Shown here piece by piece: positions 31,109 through 42,860 of a stretch of 64,000 bases of DNA. Positions within the stretch are counted from its first letter, which is position 1. Every line of letters begins with the position of its first letter. This DNA is from Escherichia phage vB_Eco_TB37. The stretch lies in the sequence record OZ035850; one strand, 5' to 3'. A model generated the notes under the pieces. The model made no database searches. It had not been told where the DNA came from and saw only the letters and a list, made by a program, of their open reading frames with translations. Position numbers and translations under genes: made by a program.

Positions 31109-31458
31109 TTAGAAAGGTCCTGGATGTCTTCTGCGAACTTGTTGAAGGAGTTGTTGATTTGTTTTTCAACCAATCCTGGCTTACGAGCCACCACATCCGC
31201 CTTCTTTGCATCTTTGCGCAGTTTTTCATTTTCACGCTCAATAGCAGCAATTGCCTCACGATTTTTATTATTCATCGCATCAATATAATTATACTGAATT
31301 CGCAAATTATTTAATGCTAAGGCGTTTTCATTGGCCGTTTTTGTAATTTCAGTAACTGATGTTTCTAATCTTTCTACCTTATTTTTTAAAATAATAGATG
31401 TTCCACCAAATACTATTACAAGTAATAGCAAACCTGCTGTCGTATTACTTAATTGCAT
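31105..31458 (-). CDS. Inner-membrane spanin (i-spanin)
   Basis: 117 aa; N-terminal TM helix (AGLLLLVIVFGGTSIIL) followed by predicted coiled-coil, Rz-like. Confidence 0.7.
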   Translation of the reverse strand: MQLSNTTAGLLLLVIVFGGTSIILKNKVERLETSVTEITKTANENALALNNLRIQYNYIDAMNNKNREAIAAIERENEKLRKDAKKADVVARKPGLVEKQINNSFNKFAEDIQDLSK

Positions 31459-31955
31459 AAAGTTTTAATAACCTCTATAATATCGTCTTGAGAAAGACCG
31501 TTAATTAAAATATGATGTTCCGCCGGAGATTTAGAAATTTTAAAGCATGCCGCAACATCTTCTGCCATATCCGATGCGCTACGATTTGGATTACTAATTC
31601 CAAGACGATGTTTTCCCGTTAAAGGATTAACGATAATATAGCATTTACAGCTATTGATATGAACATTAGGTTGAGTCTGATTAATGAACACTTCACAATC
31701 ATACTTAGCGAGTTGATTTTCTAAAAAGACTTTCATCTCCTCAACTGCATCAGGAAGCATATCACGGGCTTGCTCAAGACGACGATTTCGATATTCTTTA
31801 ATGGTCGTTTTCCGCTTGACTTGCTTAGCTAAATCTTTCTTAAGATCGGTGATATATCCAACTCGCCGATTTCCTTTAAATACAGAAATCCCATCTGTAG
31901 TATCACCGTATGCTTCAACGACCATTTCAGTAGTAATAAGCTGCAAATCCATCAT
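31449..31955 (-). CDS. alc: Alc, inhibitor of host transcription elongation
   Basis: 168 aa, position between spanins and rnlA and length match T4 alc; early promoter upstream. Confidence 0.8.
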   Translation of the reverse strand: MMDLQLITTEMVVEAYGDTTDGISVFKGNRRVGYITDLKKDLAKQVKRKTTIKEYRNRRLEQARDMLPDAVEEMKVFLENQLAKYDCEVFINQTQPNVHINSCKCYIIVNPLTGKHRLGISNPNRSASDMAEDVAACFKISKSPAEHHILINGLSQDDIIEVIKTLCN

Positions 31956-31974
31956 AAAGTCCTCATGTTATGTT

Positions 31975-32016
31975 AGTAAGACTACTATAACACAACACGA
32001 GGGACTTGTAAACAAC
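31975..32016 (-). promoter_or_regulatory. Early promoter for alc
   Basis: Minus strand GTTTACA, 17-nt spacer, TTATAGT; duplicate of the 16630-16672 cassette. Confidence 0.6.
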
Positions 32017-33604
<1,588 letters not shown>

Positions 33605-33633
33605 AATAAAATGGGCCTTGCGGCCCACTCCTT
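33605..33633 (-). promoter_or_regulatory. Candidate hairpin-split RBS of denA
   Basis: AAGGAG lies 23 nt before the denA ATG with a GGGCC-GCAA-GGCCC hairpin between. Confidence 0.45.
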
Positions 33634-34810
33634 AAAAGTATTTTTTAAAACTCATCATAACTTTATCATCAACATCATTATCAATCTGTGCAACAAGGTA
33701 AGATGACAGTTCTACTTCTTGTGGCGCGGATTGAACATTATCAGAATTAAGATATTCACGAATCCAAGGATATGGATGTTTAACCGGAGCATCGGTAATC
33801 GGGCATGGAAGACCACACTGTTTCATACGAGATACAGTTAAGTAATCAATAAAGCTCCACATGCTATTTGTATTTAATCCAGGAACATCGCCATCTTTAA
33901 ATAAATGAACTGCCCAATCTTTTTCTTGGCGGTTAACTTCCATGAAAATATCAACTGCTTCTTGTTCACACTCTTGAGCAATTTTAACCCATTCATCGCC
34001 ATCAGTGCCAAGTTGAAGTTGACGAATAATATATTGAGTGCCTTTAAGGTGAAGCTGCTCATCACGTGCAATGAACTTCATAATCTTGGCATTACCTTCC
34101 ATGATTTCCATGTTCTTATGGAAGTTAAAGGTACATGCGAAAGATACATAAAAACGAATAGCTTCCAATGCGTTGATTACATGCAAACAGAGGTAAAGAG
34201 ATTTCATTAGCTCATGCTTCCAATACGTCTCATGCTCAATAGCATCTTCAATAACGTCTTCGTCTGCATTAATTTCTTTTTGGTATTCGATATCAGCTTT
34301 AGCGTTTTCCCAATAACGAGTTTTAATCAGAACATCATCATAATAACGTCCAATGGATTCAGCACGTTTCATAATAGCTTCATCTAATACAATTTCATCA
34401 AATACCTTCGATGGATCAGTATAAAGATTTCGCATGATATGTGTATATGAACGGCTGTGAATAGTTTCACTAAAAGTCCACGTAGCAACCCATGTATCAA
34501 GGCTTGGGTCTGAAATTAATGACATAAGTACAGCAGACGGCGCACGACCCTGAATGCTATCCAAAAGTGATTGATACTTCAGGTTATTAGTAAAAATATT
34601 CTGCTGATACTGAGGAAGTTTATTAAATTGTGCAGCATCCATCATCAAGTTTACTTCTTCAGGACGCCAGAAAAATGATAATTGCTTTTCAGTCAAATCT
34701 TCAAAAACTTTATGGCGTTGAATATCATAACGCGCAATACCAAGACCTGAACCGAAGAACATAGGTTCTTTTAAAACATCAACTGGATTTGTATTAAAAA
34801 CTGTGCTCAT
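33632..34810 (-). CDS. nrdB: Ribonucleotide reductase small subunit, uninterrupted
   Basis: Single continuous 392-aa ORF, MSTVFNTNPVDVL… to …MMSFKKYF. Confidence 0.95.
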   Translation of the reverse strand: MSTVFNTNPVDVLKEPMFFGSGLGIARYDIQRHKVFEDLTEKQLSFFWRPEEVNLMMDAAQFNKLPQYQQNIFTNNLKYQSLLDSIQGRAPSAVLMSLISDPSLDTWVATWTFSETIHSRSYTHIMRNLYTDPSKVFDEIVLDEAIMKRAESIGRYYDDVLIKTRYWENAKADIEYQKEINADEDVIEDAIEHETYWKHELMKSLYLCLHVINALEAIRFYVSFACTFNFHKNMEIMEGNAKIMKFIARDEQLHLKGTQYIIRQLQLGTDGDEWVKIAQECEQEAVDIFMEVNRQEKDWAVHLFKDGDVPGLNTNSMWSFIDYLTVSRMKQCGLPCPITDAPVKHPYPWIREYLNSDNVQSAPQEVELSSYLVAQIDNDVDDKVMMSFKKYF

Positions 34811-34861
34811 AAATTTTCCGCTTAGTTAATAGTTGGTGACTCGTCCGTGAGTCAAATTATA

Positions 34862-37126
34862 TCATAATTTACAGGATGAACAATCTTCAGCTTTTGGAGT
34901 TTCTATTTCATAATCATCAGTACCAGAACCATCGCGGGTATTATGATAATAGAAATTTTTTCCGCCAAAATACCAAAAATACAAAAGGTCATCAATCATT
35001 ATTGACATTGGAACCTTGCCTTTAGGGAAGATTTGGGGGTCATAGTATGTATTCGCCGAAGCTGATTGACAAACCCATTTCAGCATAATAGCTACCTGCG
35101 TAAGATAAGGTTTATTACCTTTCTTAGCTAATTTCCATGTATAGTCGTAAAGGTCTATGTTATGCTCAATATTGGGCACGACTTGATTAAAGGAGCCCTC
35201 TTTTGATTCTTTAACAGAGACTGGTCCACGTGGAGGCTCGATACCGTTTGTACTGTTAGAAACTTGGGAAGATGACTCACATGGCATAAGTGCTGATAAT
35301 GTGCTATTACGGATGCCAAAGAGCTTAAGGTCTTCCCGCAGCGACGACCAGTCACAAACGTATTTTGGAGCTGCGATTTGGTCAATCTTTTTATTGTACC
35401 AGTCGATAGGTAATTCGCCTCGAGACCAACGAGTGTCTGAATAATATTCGCAAGGTCCTTTTTCTTTGGCGAGCTTAATGGATGCTTTAATGAGTCCATA
35501 CTGTAATCTCTCAAATAGTTCATGTGTTAAATCGTTAGCATCTTCATAAGAAGCAAAGTTACTTGCCAGCCAAGCTGCATAGTTAGTAACACCTACACCA
35601 AGGTTTCGACGCTTTTTAGCTTTTTCTGCTTCAGGAACTGGATATCCTTGGTAATCCAAAAGATTATCAAGAGCACGAACTTGAACTTCTGCCAATTCAT
35701 TAATTTTATCTTGGTCTTGCCAATCAAAGTTATCCAGCACAAATGCAGATAATGTACACAATCCAATTTCAGCATCAGGACTATTCACATCATTTGTTGG
35801 AATAGCAATTTCACAGCACAAGTTGCTCTGACGAATAGGTGCCTTTTCACGAATAAATGGCGTATAGTTATTCGTATTATCAATGAACTGCACATAAATC
35901 CTTGCTGTTCCTGAGCGTTCAGTCATGAGCAATTCAAATAGTTCACGGGCTTTAATGCGCTTTTTACGAATATTAGGGTCTTTTTCTGCTGCTTCGTATA
36001 ATTCACGGAAACGGTCTTGGTCTTTAAAATAAGAATAATAAAGCTCGCCACCCATTTCATGCGGACTGAACAAAGTAATGTAATCATTCTTTCCAAAACG
36101 TTCCATCATTAGATCATTCAGTTGAACACCATAATCCATATGACGGATACGGTTTTCTTCTACACCTTTGTTATTTTTCAAAACGAGAAGATTTTCAACT
36201 TCCAAATGCCAAATAGGATAATAAGCAGTAGCAGCGCCGCCACGAATTCCACCCTGTGAGCATGATTTAACAGCAGTCTGAAAATGTTTCCAAAAAGGAA
36301 TAACACCAGTATGGCGTACTTCACCCATGCCAATCTTAGAACCTTCGGCACGAATCATACCAACGTTAATACCAATTCCAGCGCGTTTGGAGATATATTC
36401 AACAATTGAAGCAGAAGCCTTATTGATAGACTTTAATGAATCACCTGCCTCAATAACAACGCATGAACTAAACTGCCGAGTTGGAGTACGGCAACCAGCC
36501 ATAATAGGAGTTGGTAATGAAATCTGTCGAGTAGATACTGCTTCATAAAAACGAATAACGTGTTTTAATCTATCAACAGGTTCATCTTGATGCAATGCCA
36601 TTCCAATAGTCATAAATGCAAACTGTGGAGTTTCATAAATTTGACCAGTGGTTTTATCTTTAACTAGATATTTTTCTTTTAATTGCATCGCCCCGGAATA
36701 AGTAAATTCCATATCCCGCTCATGCTTAATTTTTGATTCTAAAAATGTAATTTCTTCGGCAGAATATTTTGACAACAGTTCAGGGTCATATTTACCTTCA
36801 TTTACACAGTAAGAAATATGGTCAATAAATGAACGTGGTTCATACTGCCCGTAAACATGCTTACGAAGAGCGAACATTAAACAGCGTGCAGCTACATATT
36901 GGTAATCAGGCTCTTCAACTGAAATAGAATTCGCAGCAGCCTTAATTACAATGGTTTGAATGTCATCAGTGGTCATTCCATCACGGAGATATGATTTAAT
37001 ATTTTCATATAATTCATAAGGATCTACAGATGTTCCTTCAGCTGCCCAAGATAAAACTTTAATAATTTTTTGTGGGTCAAAGCTCTGAGAAACACCACTA
37101 CTTTTGATAACATTAATTAATTGCAT
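34862..37126 (-). CDS. nrdA: Ribonucleotide reductase large subunit
   Basis: 754 aa; active-site SNLCCEI; N-terminus [20 protein letters not shown]. Confidence 0.97.
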   Translation of the reverse strand: MQLINVIKSSGVSQSFDPQKIIKVLSWAAEGTSVDPYELYENIKSYLRDGMTTDDIQTIVIKAAANSISVEEPDYQYVAARCLMFALRKHVYGQYEPRSFIDHISYCVNEGKYDPELLSKYSAEEITFLESKIKHERDMEFTYSGAMQLKEKYLVKDKTTGQIYETPQFAFMTIGMALHQDEPVDRLKHVIRFYEAVSTRQISLPTPIMAGCRTPTRQFSSCVVIEAGDSLKSINKASASIVEYISKRAGIGINVGMIRAEGSKIGMGEVRHTGVIPFWKHFQTAVKSCSQGGIRGGAATAYYPIWHLEVENLLVLKNNKGVEENRIRHMDYGVQLNDLMMERFGKNDYITLFSPHEMGGELYYSYFKDQDRFRELYEAAEKDPNIRKKRIKARELFELLMTERSGTARIYVQFIDNTNNYTPFIREKAPIRQSNLCCEIAIPTNDVNSPDAEIGLCTLSAFVLDNFDWQDQDKINELAEVQVRALDNLLDYQGYPVPEAEKAKKRRNLGVGVTNYAAWLASNFASYEDANDLTHELFERLQYGLIKASIKLAKEKGPCEYYSDTRWSRGELPIDWYNKKIDQIAAPKYVCDWSSLREDLKLFGIRNSTLSALMPCESSSQVSNSTNGIEPPRGPVSVKESKEGSFNQVVPNIEHNIDLYDYTWKLAKKGNKPYLTQVAIMLKWVCQSASANTYYDPQIFPKGKVPMSIMIDDLLYFWYFGGKNFYYHNTRDGSGTDDYEIETPKAEDCSSCKL

Positions 37127-37241
37127 AAGTCCTCAACTTGAAAATCGTCTTTAAACAATCGGTCTGAGAAACACCACTACTTTTGATAACATTAATTAAT
37201 TGCATAAGTCCTCAACTTGAAAATCGTCTTTAAACAATCGG
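37084..37241. repeat. Perfect 79-bp tandem direct duplication across the nrdA start
   Basis: 37084-37162 and 37163-37241 are identical base for base (boundaries ambiguous by 1 bp). Confidence 0.95.
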
Positions 37242-37522
37242 TTAACTATATGAGCTATTATATCACCATGACACGGCTTTGGTTTACATGTGCATCCTAG
37301 CCTCATTCCACGTAAAGGCTCTAAATGTGCTTTAGTTATTTCTCCGGATTTAATTCGACGTATAAAATCTTTTTTGAATAATTCAATGGCAGCCTCCCGG
37401 CTGCCAGCATCTTTACCGACGTAATTTCCCCAAAATGTACCGCGGTGAATATTAACATCAAAGTCGGATTTGTATTTATTCACTACCCGGCATAGACGGC
37501 CCACGCTGGAATAATTCGTCAT
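37196..37522 (-). CDS. Hypothetical protein (nrdA.1 position)
   Basis: 108-aa ORF ending …[10 protein letters not shown] inside the upstream copy of the 79-bp tandem repeat. Confidence 0.6.
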
Positions 37523-37739
37523 ATTGTTTTTCCGTTAATACAGTAATATCATAGTAACAATCGGAAGAAGTTTTAACTGTGGAAATTTTATTATCAAAAT
37601 ACTCACGAGTCATTTTATGAGTATAGTATTTTTTACCATAAATGGTAATAGGCTGTTCTGGTCCTGGAACTTCTAACTCGCTTGGGTTAGGAAGTGTAAA
37701 AAGAACAACGCCAGAAGTATCTTTAAATCGTAAAATCAT
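37476..37739 (-). CDS. Hypothetical protein (nrdA.2 position)
   Basis: 87-aa ORF; 3' end overlaps the next ORF by 47 nt. Confidence 0.5.
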
Positions 37740-38596
37740 ATTGCCATTTTCCCTTTAATTGCTGGATGCGATTCATAATTTTCAAGGATAAAATCTTTCG
37801 GTTTCATGTATTCAGTTAACCAGTAAAGCTGTGTTTCGGTGTCACAATTTCCAAACTCTATAGGCCAATCAATTTTAAGTTCACACAGTTCTTTAGGCTC
37901 ACGACGTAAAATTTCTTTACATTGCGCAGTATGATTCATATAGATGTGAGTATTACCACCAGAAAATATCAAATCTCCTGGGATAAGATTACACATCTTA
38001 GCCACAATATGCGTCAAGGCAGCGTACGAGGCAATGTTGAATGGCAAGCCCAAGAAAACATCTACACTTCTTTGGTACCATTGTAAATCAAGATAACCAT
38101 TACGCACATTAAACTGATAGAACATATGACAGGGCGGTAATGCCATTTGATTGATTTCAGCTGGATTCCATGCTGAAACGATTTGACGTCGATCAGTTGG
38201 TAATTTTTTAATACGATCAATAGTTTCAACTAATTGATCCACACCACCGAAATCACGCCATTGTTTACCGTATATAGGACCAAGTTCACCACTATGATAT
38301 CCTAGGTCTTTAGCCTGGTTTTCATAGTTATCGTCCCAAATAGTTTTACCTTGAATAAGACTGCCATGAGTGCGAAGACGTAAATCATTAACATTGGTAG
38401 AACCGGAAATAAACCATAGAAGCTCAGCAATGCATGCATTCCAGGCGAGCTTTTTAGTTGTTATTGCAGGAAAACCTTTTGTTAAATCCCAACGCAATTT
38501 AGTACCGAACAAAGCAATTGTTCCTGTGCCTGTTCGGTCATCGGTTTCATAGCCATTTTCAAAAATGTCTTTAATTAAATCTTGGTATTGTTTCAT
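37736..38596 (-). CDS. td: Thymidylate synthase, uninterrupted
   Basis: Single continuous 286-aa ORF; active-site PPCHMFYQF; [25 protein letters not shown]. Confidence 0.97.
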
Positions 38597-38640
38597 TTAG
38601 TACCTTATATAAATTATAATACATTTTATGAAGCTAATAA

Positions 38641-38988
38641 TTAATACGGTTTAGCATCAAATTTTCTCTCAATTTCAGGCGTGAAATATAATTCTTTACC
38701 GCGTTTGGAAAAGCGACCAATAATATGATAATTATTCTCATCAAACGTAATATTACCAATATCCATAGCTTTCAACCAAATATCGATATTTCTATCCAGC
38801 TTTATGTCAAAATTCCAATATGGAGAACTATTACCGAAAATACTGCAAGCGGATTCAGTGAAACAACTGCTATAAATCTTGTCTTTAGGAACTACTAATT
38901 GATAGACACCTTTAATAAACTGAGGACCTTGCCATTTTGGCTGTTTCGTGTCTTTTTCTAATAGAATAGGGTAATAATTAAAATTCAT
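38641..38988 (-). CDS. Hypothetical protein between frd and td
   Basis: 115 aa from ATG at 38988 (119 aa from GTG at 39000); no recognisable motif. Confidence 0.5.
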   Translation of the reverse strand: MNFNYYPILLEKDTKQPKWQGPQFIKGVYQLVVPKDKIYSSCFTESACSIFGNSSPYWNFDIKLDRNIDIWLKAMDIGNITFDENNYHIIGRFSKRGKELYFTPEIERKFDAKPY

Positions 38989-39008
38989 ATTTTCCGCCAC
39001 GCGTTATT

Positions 39009-39835
<827 letters not shown>

Positions 39836-39845
39836 ATTATTTTCC

Positions 39846-40088
39846 TTAAACAGACTTTTTCACAATTTTCCAATCAGCTTTAAACTGCTCGACGTCAGAA
39901 TGGTAAATCCAAAATCCTGCGCTTTCTCCGTCTTCATAAAGAGGACATCCATCACATTCATCTTCCCACCCCATATCACGTAAAAGGTGTTCAGCTTTTT
40001 CAACAAGCTCAGAATCTTTACCGATGATATTAAAATACCATTTACCTCTAACTTCTGAATCTTTAATGCTCTGACGTTGTAATCTCAT
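39846..40088 (-). CDS. Hypothetical protein
   Basis: ATG at 40088 with GAGGAGAAT RBS gives 80 aa; the ORF-track extension runs into the promoter. Confidence 0.5.
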   Translation of the reverse strand: MRLQRQSIKDSEVRGKWYFNIIGKDSELVEKAEHLLRDMGWEDECDGCPLYEDGESAGFWIYHSDVEQFKADWKIVKKSV

Positions 40089-40109
40089 TTTATTCTCCTC
40101 ATGTAGTTG

Positions 40110-40150
40110 ATAGGGTAATAGTATCACACTACTACCCTGTTGTAAACAAT
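40110..40150 (-). promoter_or_regulatory. Early promoter
   Basis: Minus strand GTTTACA then GTGATACTATTACC, upstream of the 80-aa ORF. Confidence 0.5.
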
Positions 40151-40155
40151 TATTT

Positions 40156-40452
40156 TTAAATTTTATCGAGCCACTTACCAAGCTTAATCATTTCTTTAGT
40201 AGCCTTTTCCATACTTCTGAACTTAACCAATAGAGGATAGGTATCGACACCCATAACTAAACTGGTTACAAGACTGTGTTCACCCACAAGCCATAACGAA
40301 TACGTTTGAATATCGAGCCCGTAATTTCTGTCTTTATGGACCCGTACACCCATCACTTCAAATTTCTCACTAGCTTTTTCTACCGCATCCAGGAAATCAT
40401 CTTTAGTCATATTAGGCCTTAAAAGTTTTTCGCAAAAGTTCAATGATTTCAT
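40156..40452 (-). CDS. Hypothetical protein
   Basis: 98-aa ORF. Confidence 0.55.
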   Translation of the reverse strand: MKSLNFCEKLLRPNMTKDDFLDAVEKASEKFEVMGVRVHKDRNYGLDIQTYSLWLVGEHSLVTSLVMGVDTYPLLVKFRSMEKATKEMIKLGKWLDKI

Positions 40453-40777
40453 CTACATTGTTTTCGTCAACAATGCAGTGAATTTTTGTTACGCCATAAA
40501 CCTCGTCTTTGACTTCATCTTCTTCAGAAGTCGGTTCTTCATACTCACGAAAACAATGAAATTCGTCTTCACAAACGTTAAAGTAAAAATGCTTTCCATT
40601 TGCGCATTCAATGTGTTTTATTACTCTAAATCCATCAACAAAGAAAGCTTCTTTAACTTCAAACCATCCTCCATTTTCTTGAATAATTTTAACTATTGAT
40701 GAATTAGAACGTGGGCGATAATTAATAAATGTATCAATAAGTCTTGGAACAAGTTCATACTTTTTGCCGATATACAT
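40412..40777 (-). CDS. Hypothetical protein
   Basis: 121-aa ORF with ATG and GAGGAAAA RBS. Confidence 0.55.
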   Translation of the reverse strand: MYIGKKYELVPRLIDTFINYRPRSNSSIVKIIQENGGWFEVKEAFFVDGFRVIKHIECANGKHFYFNVCEDEFHCFREYEEPTSEEDEVKDEVYGVTKIHCIVDENNVDEIIELLRKTFKA

Positions 40778-40821
40778 TACGTTTTCCTCATTTTAACGGG
40801 GCTGTAATAGCCCCTTGATAA

Positions 40822-41052
40822 TTATTGTTCAATCAATCCCATGTAAAATTCTGCGTCTTCAGAATCCATGCCATCACAATATTCATTAGCCATAAAGCGG
40901 GTGAGGTCTTCAAGAGGACCTTCAATGACAATAGAAAAATTGCAATAATTGGGATCATCATGAATACTTGTGATACTAAGTTCAGGATAACGATTACGAA
41001 TAATTTCTTCGATATATTCAAAATCAACGATGTCAATATCAACTTTAGCCAT
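40822..41052 (-). CDS. Hypothetical acidic protein
   Basis: ATG at 41052 with AAGAGGAAAA RBS gives 76 aa; the ORF-track N-terminal extension overlaps the promoter. Confidence 0.5.
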   Translation of the reverse strand: MAKVDIDIVDFEYIEEIIRNRYPELSITSIHDDPNYCNFSIVIEGPLEDLTRFMANEYCDGMDSEDAEFYMGLIEQ

Positions 41053-41077
41053 ATTATTTTCCTCTTTAATCATCAGC

Positions 41078-41120
41078 AGTATTGCCGATAGTTGTATAGT
41101 ACCATGGAAGGACAAGGATG
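41078..41120 (-). promoter_or_regulatory. Early promoter downstream of the gene 32 terminator
   Basis: Minus strand GTTTACA, spacer, GGTACTATACAAC; conserved block shared with three other promoters. Confidence 0.55.
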
Positions 41121-41127
41121 TAAACCA

Positions 41128-41166
41128 TTTTGTGAAAAAAATTTTTGAAATAAAAAAGGGGACCCT
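41128..41166 (-). terminator. Rho-independent terminator after gene 32
   Basis: GGGGACC-CUAGA-GGUCCCC hairpin followed on the minus strand by UUUUUUAUUU. Confidence 0.75.
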
Positions 41167-41198
41167 AGAGGTCCCCAATTAATTAGTAATATAATCTA

Positions 41199-42107
41199 TT
41201 AAAGGTCATTCAAAAGGTCATCCAGGTCCGTGTCATCAGCACTAGATGAACTGCCAGAGCTTGAGCTCATAAAATCATCTTCAGTTTTTGTATTGAAGTC
41301 ATCAACATTGAATGCATCCAAATCATCAGCAACTTTATCAGCTTTCTTAGCAGCAGTTGCAGCAGCACCGCCCATCACAGCAGTTCCCATAACTTGACCA
41401 AATTTAGTGCTCAGTTCTTCAAACGATTTGAATTTATCTTTAGAAGTCATTTCAGAAAGGTCAACCATTTGTTCGAACAGTTCTTTCTGGAAAGATTCAT
41501 CATCAATGTTTGGAATCGCAGATTGATTCAGGAATTTAGATTCGTCGTAGTTACTAAATCCAGAAACTTGTTTAACTTTCAGTACAAAGTTAGCACCTTC
41601 CCACGGACAAGTTACATCAACTGGAGTTTCACCCATTTCAACATCAACCGCAATCATTGCATTGATTTTATCCCAGATTTTCTTACCGAAACGGTATTTA
41701 AATACTTTACCTTCGTTTTCTGGAGCAGCTGGGTCTTTTACTACAAGAATGTTAGCCCAGTAAGAAGTTTTACGTTTAACAAGACTGTACTCTTTATTGT
41801 CAGTGTTGTACAGATCATTTTTACTAATGTATTGACATACTGGGCAAGAATCGTAATCACCGTGGGTAGATGAACAGTTTTCAATATACCATTTACCATT
41901 TTTCTTGAAACCGTGATTTACAAGAATTGCGAATGGTGCTTGTTCATCATTTTTAGACGGAAGAAAACGAATTACTGCTTGACCATTACCCGCATTGTCG
42001 AGTTTCAGTTTCCACTCGCCTTTATCTTCAGAAGAAAAACCACCTTTATTTCCAGCCAGTTTAGCCATTTGTGCAGCGAGTTCAGCAGTAGATTTACGTT
42101 TAAACAT
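41199..42107 (-). CDS. 32: Single-stranded DNA-binding protein gp32
   Basis: 302 aa, [17 protein letters not shown]… to …[12 protein letters not shown] as T4 gp32. Confidence 0.97.
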   Translation of the reverse strand: MFKRKSTAELAAQMAKLAGNKGGFSSEDKGEWKLKLDNAGNGQAVIRFLPSKNDEQAPFAILVNHGFKKNGKWYIENCSSTHGDYDSCPVCQYISKNDLYNTDNKEYSLVKRKTSYWANILVVKDPAAPENEGKVFKYRFGKKIWDKINAMIAVDVEMGETPVDVTCPWEGANFVLKVKQVSGFSNYDESKFLNQSAIPNIDDESFQKELFEQMVDLSEMTSKDKFKSFEELSTKFGQVMGTAVMGGAAATAAKKADKVADDLDAFNVDDFNTKTEDDFMSSSSGSSSSADDTDLDDLLNDL

Positions 42108-42175
42108 TTTTATTTCCTTTTTAATTTAATTAACAGTTGGTGCTATGACGATGTATGACCTCATAGCTGGTCAGT
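42108..42175 (-). promoter_or_regulatory. Gene 32 translational operator (autoregulatory leader)
   Basis: Unstructured UUAAUUAAAUUAAAAAGGAAAUAAAA directly before the ATG, preceded by a structured region. Confidence 0.6.
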
Positions 42176-42182
42176 GAGATAA

Positions 42183-42210
42183 TTATAATCTATTTATAAT
42201 AAGCAATTAA
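42183..42210 (-). promoter_or_regulatory. Gene 32 promoter cluster (MotA box, -10, overlapping late TATAAATA)
   Basis: Minus strand reads TTGCTTATTATAAATAGATTATAAT: MotA-like box, TATAAATA and TATAAT within 25 bp. Confidence 0.55.
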
Positions 42211-42860
42211 TACTTACAAGATTTCACAGTTTCAATAAAAACTTTTTTAGCTTCCTGTGAATCAATATTTAAAATTTTTCTATAAGCCTTTAACTTTATA
42301 GAATAATTATTCCAAACTAAATTATCAGTCTGTTCATCATGTTTATCGATTATATTTAAAAACGAATCAAGCAAGATAAACGTCTCAAACGAAATTATAT
42401 TCGATTGAAGTAGTTTAAAAATATAACTTGACTGAACTTTTGGATTATACTCAAAGATTTCTTTAAAAGCAGAAACTTCAACTTTTTTACTAAAATAATA
42501 AATGTTGCGAATATCTTCTTCAAACTTAAATTTAATTTGCTTTAAGCGTCCGATATATTCACGATAAAACACAAGTGCATCAGCGTCAGAGATGTCACCA
42601 ATCCAAGCATCTTGGTTAGCAACCAAATTGCTTATAAAGATTAAAGCAAGTTCCTTTAATTTATATTTTTCTGATAACTTCTGGAAAAAATACTTATCCC
42701 TTCGCTTTTGATAAGCAGCATCAGACACCCGCATGCACCAATTATACTTAATAACATCATACTTTCCATTCATATGCTGTTTTATCATTAAGTATAATTT
42801 ATAAACTGATTTACCATCAATGTATCTTTCACCACCAGCAGGCATGCGGAGTTTAATCAT
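42207..42860 (-). CDS. 59: Helicase loader gp59
   Basis: 217 aa, MIKLRMPAGGERYIDGKSVYKLYLM as T4 gp59. Confidence 0.95.
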   Translation of the reverse strand: MIKLRMPAGGERYIDGKSVYKLYLMIKQHMNGKYDVIKYNWCMRVSDAAYQKRRDKYFFQKLSEKYKLKELALIFISNLVANQDAWIGDISDADALVFYREYIGRLKQIKFKFEEDIRNIYYFSKKVEVSAFKEIFEYNPKVQSSYIFKLLQSNIISFETFILLDSFLNIIDKHDEQTDNLVWNNYSIKLKAYRKILNIDSQEAKKVFIETVKSCKY

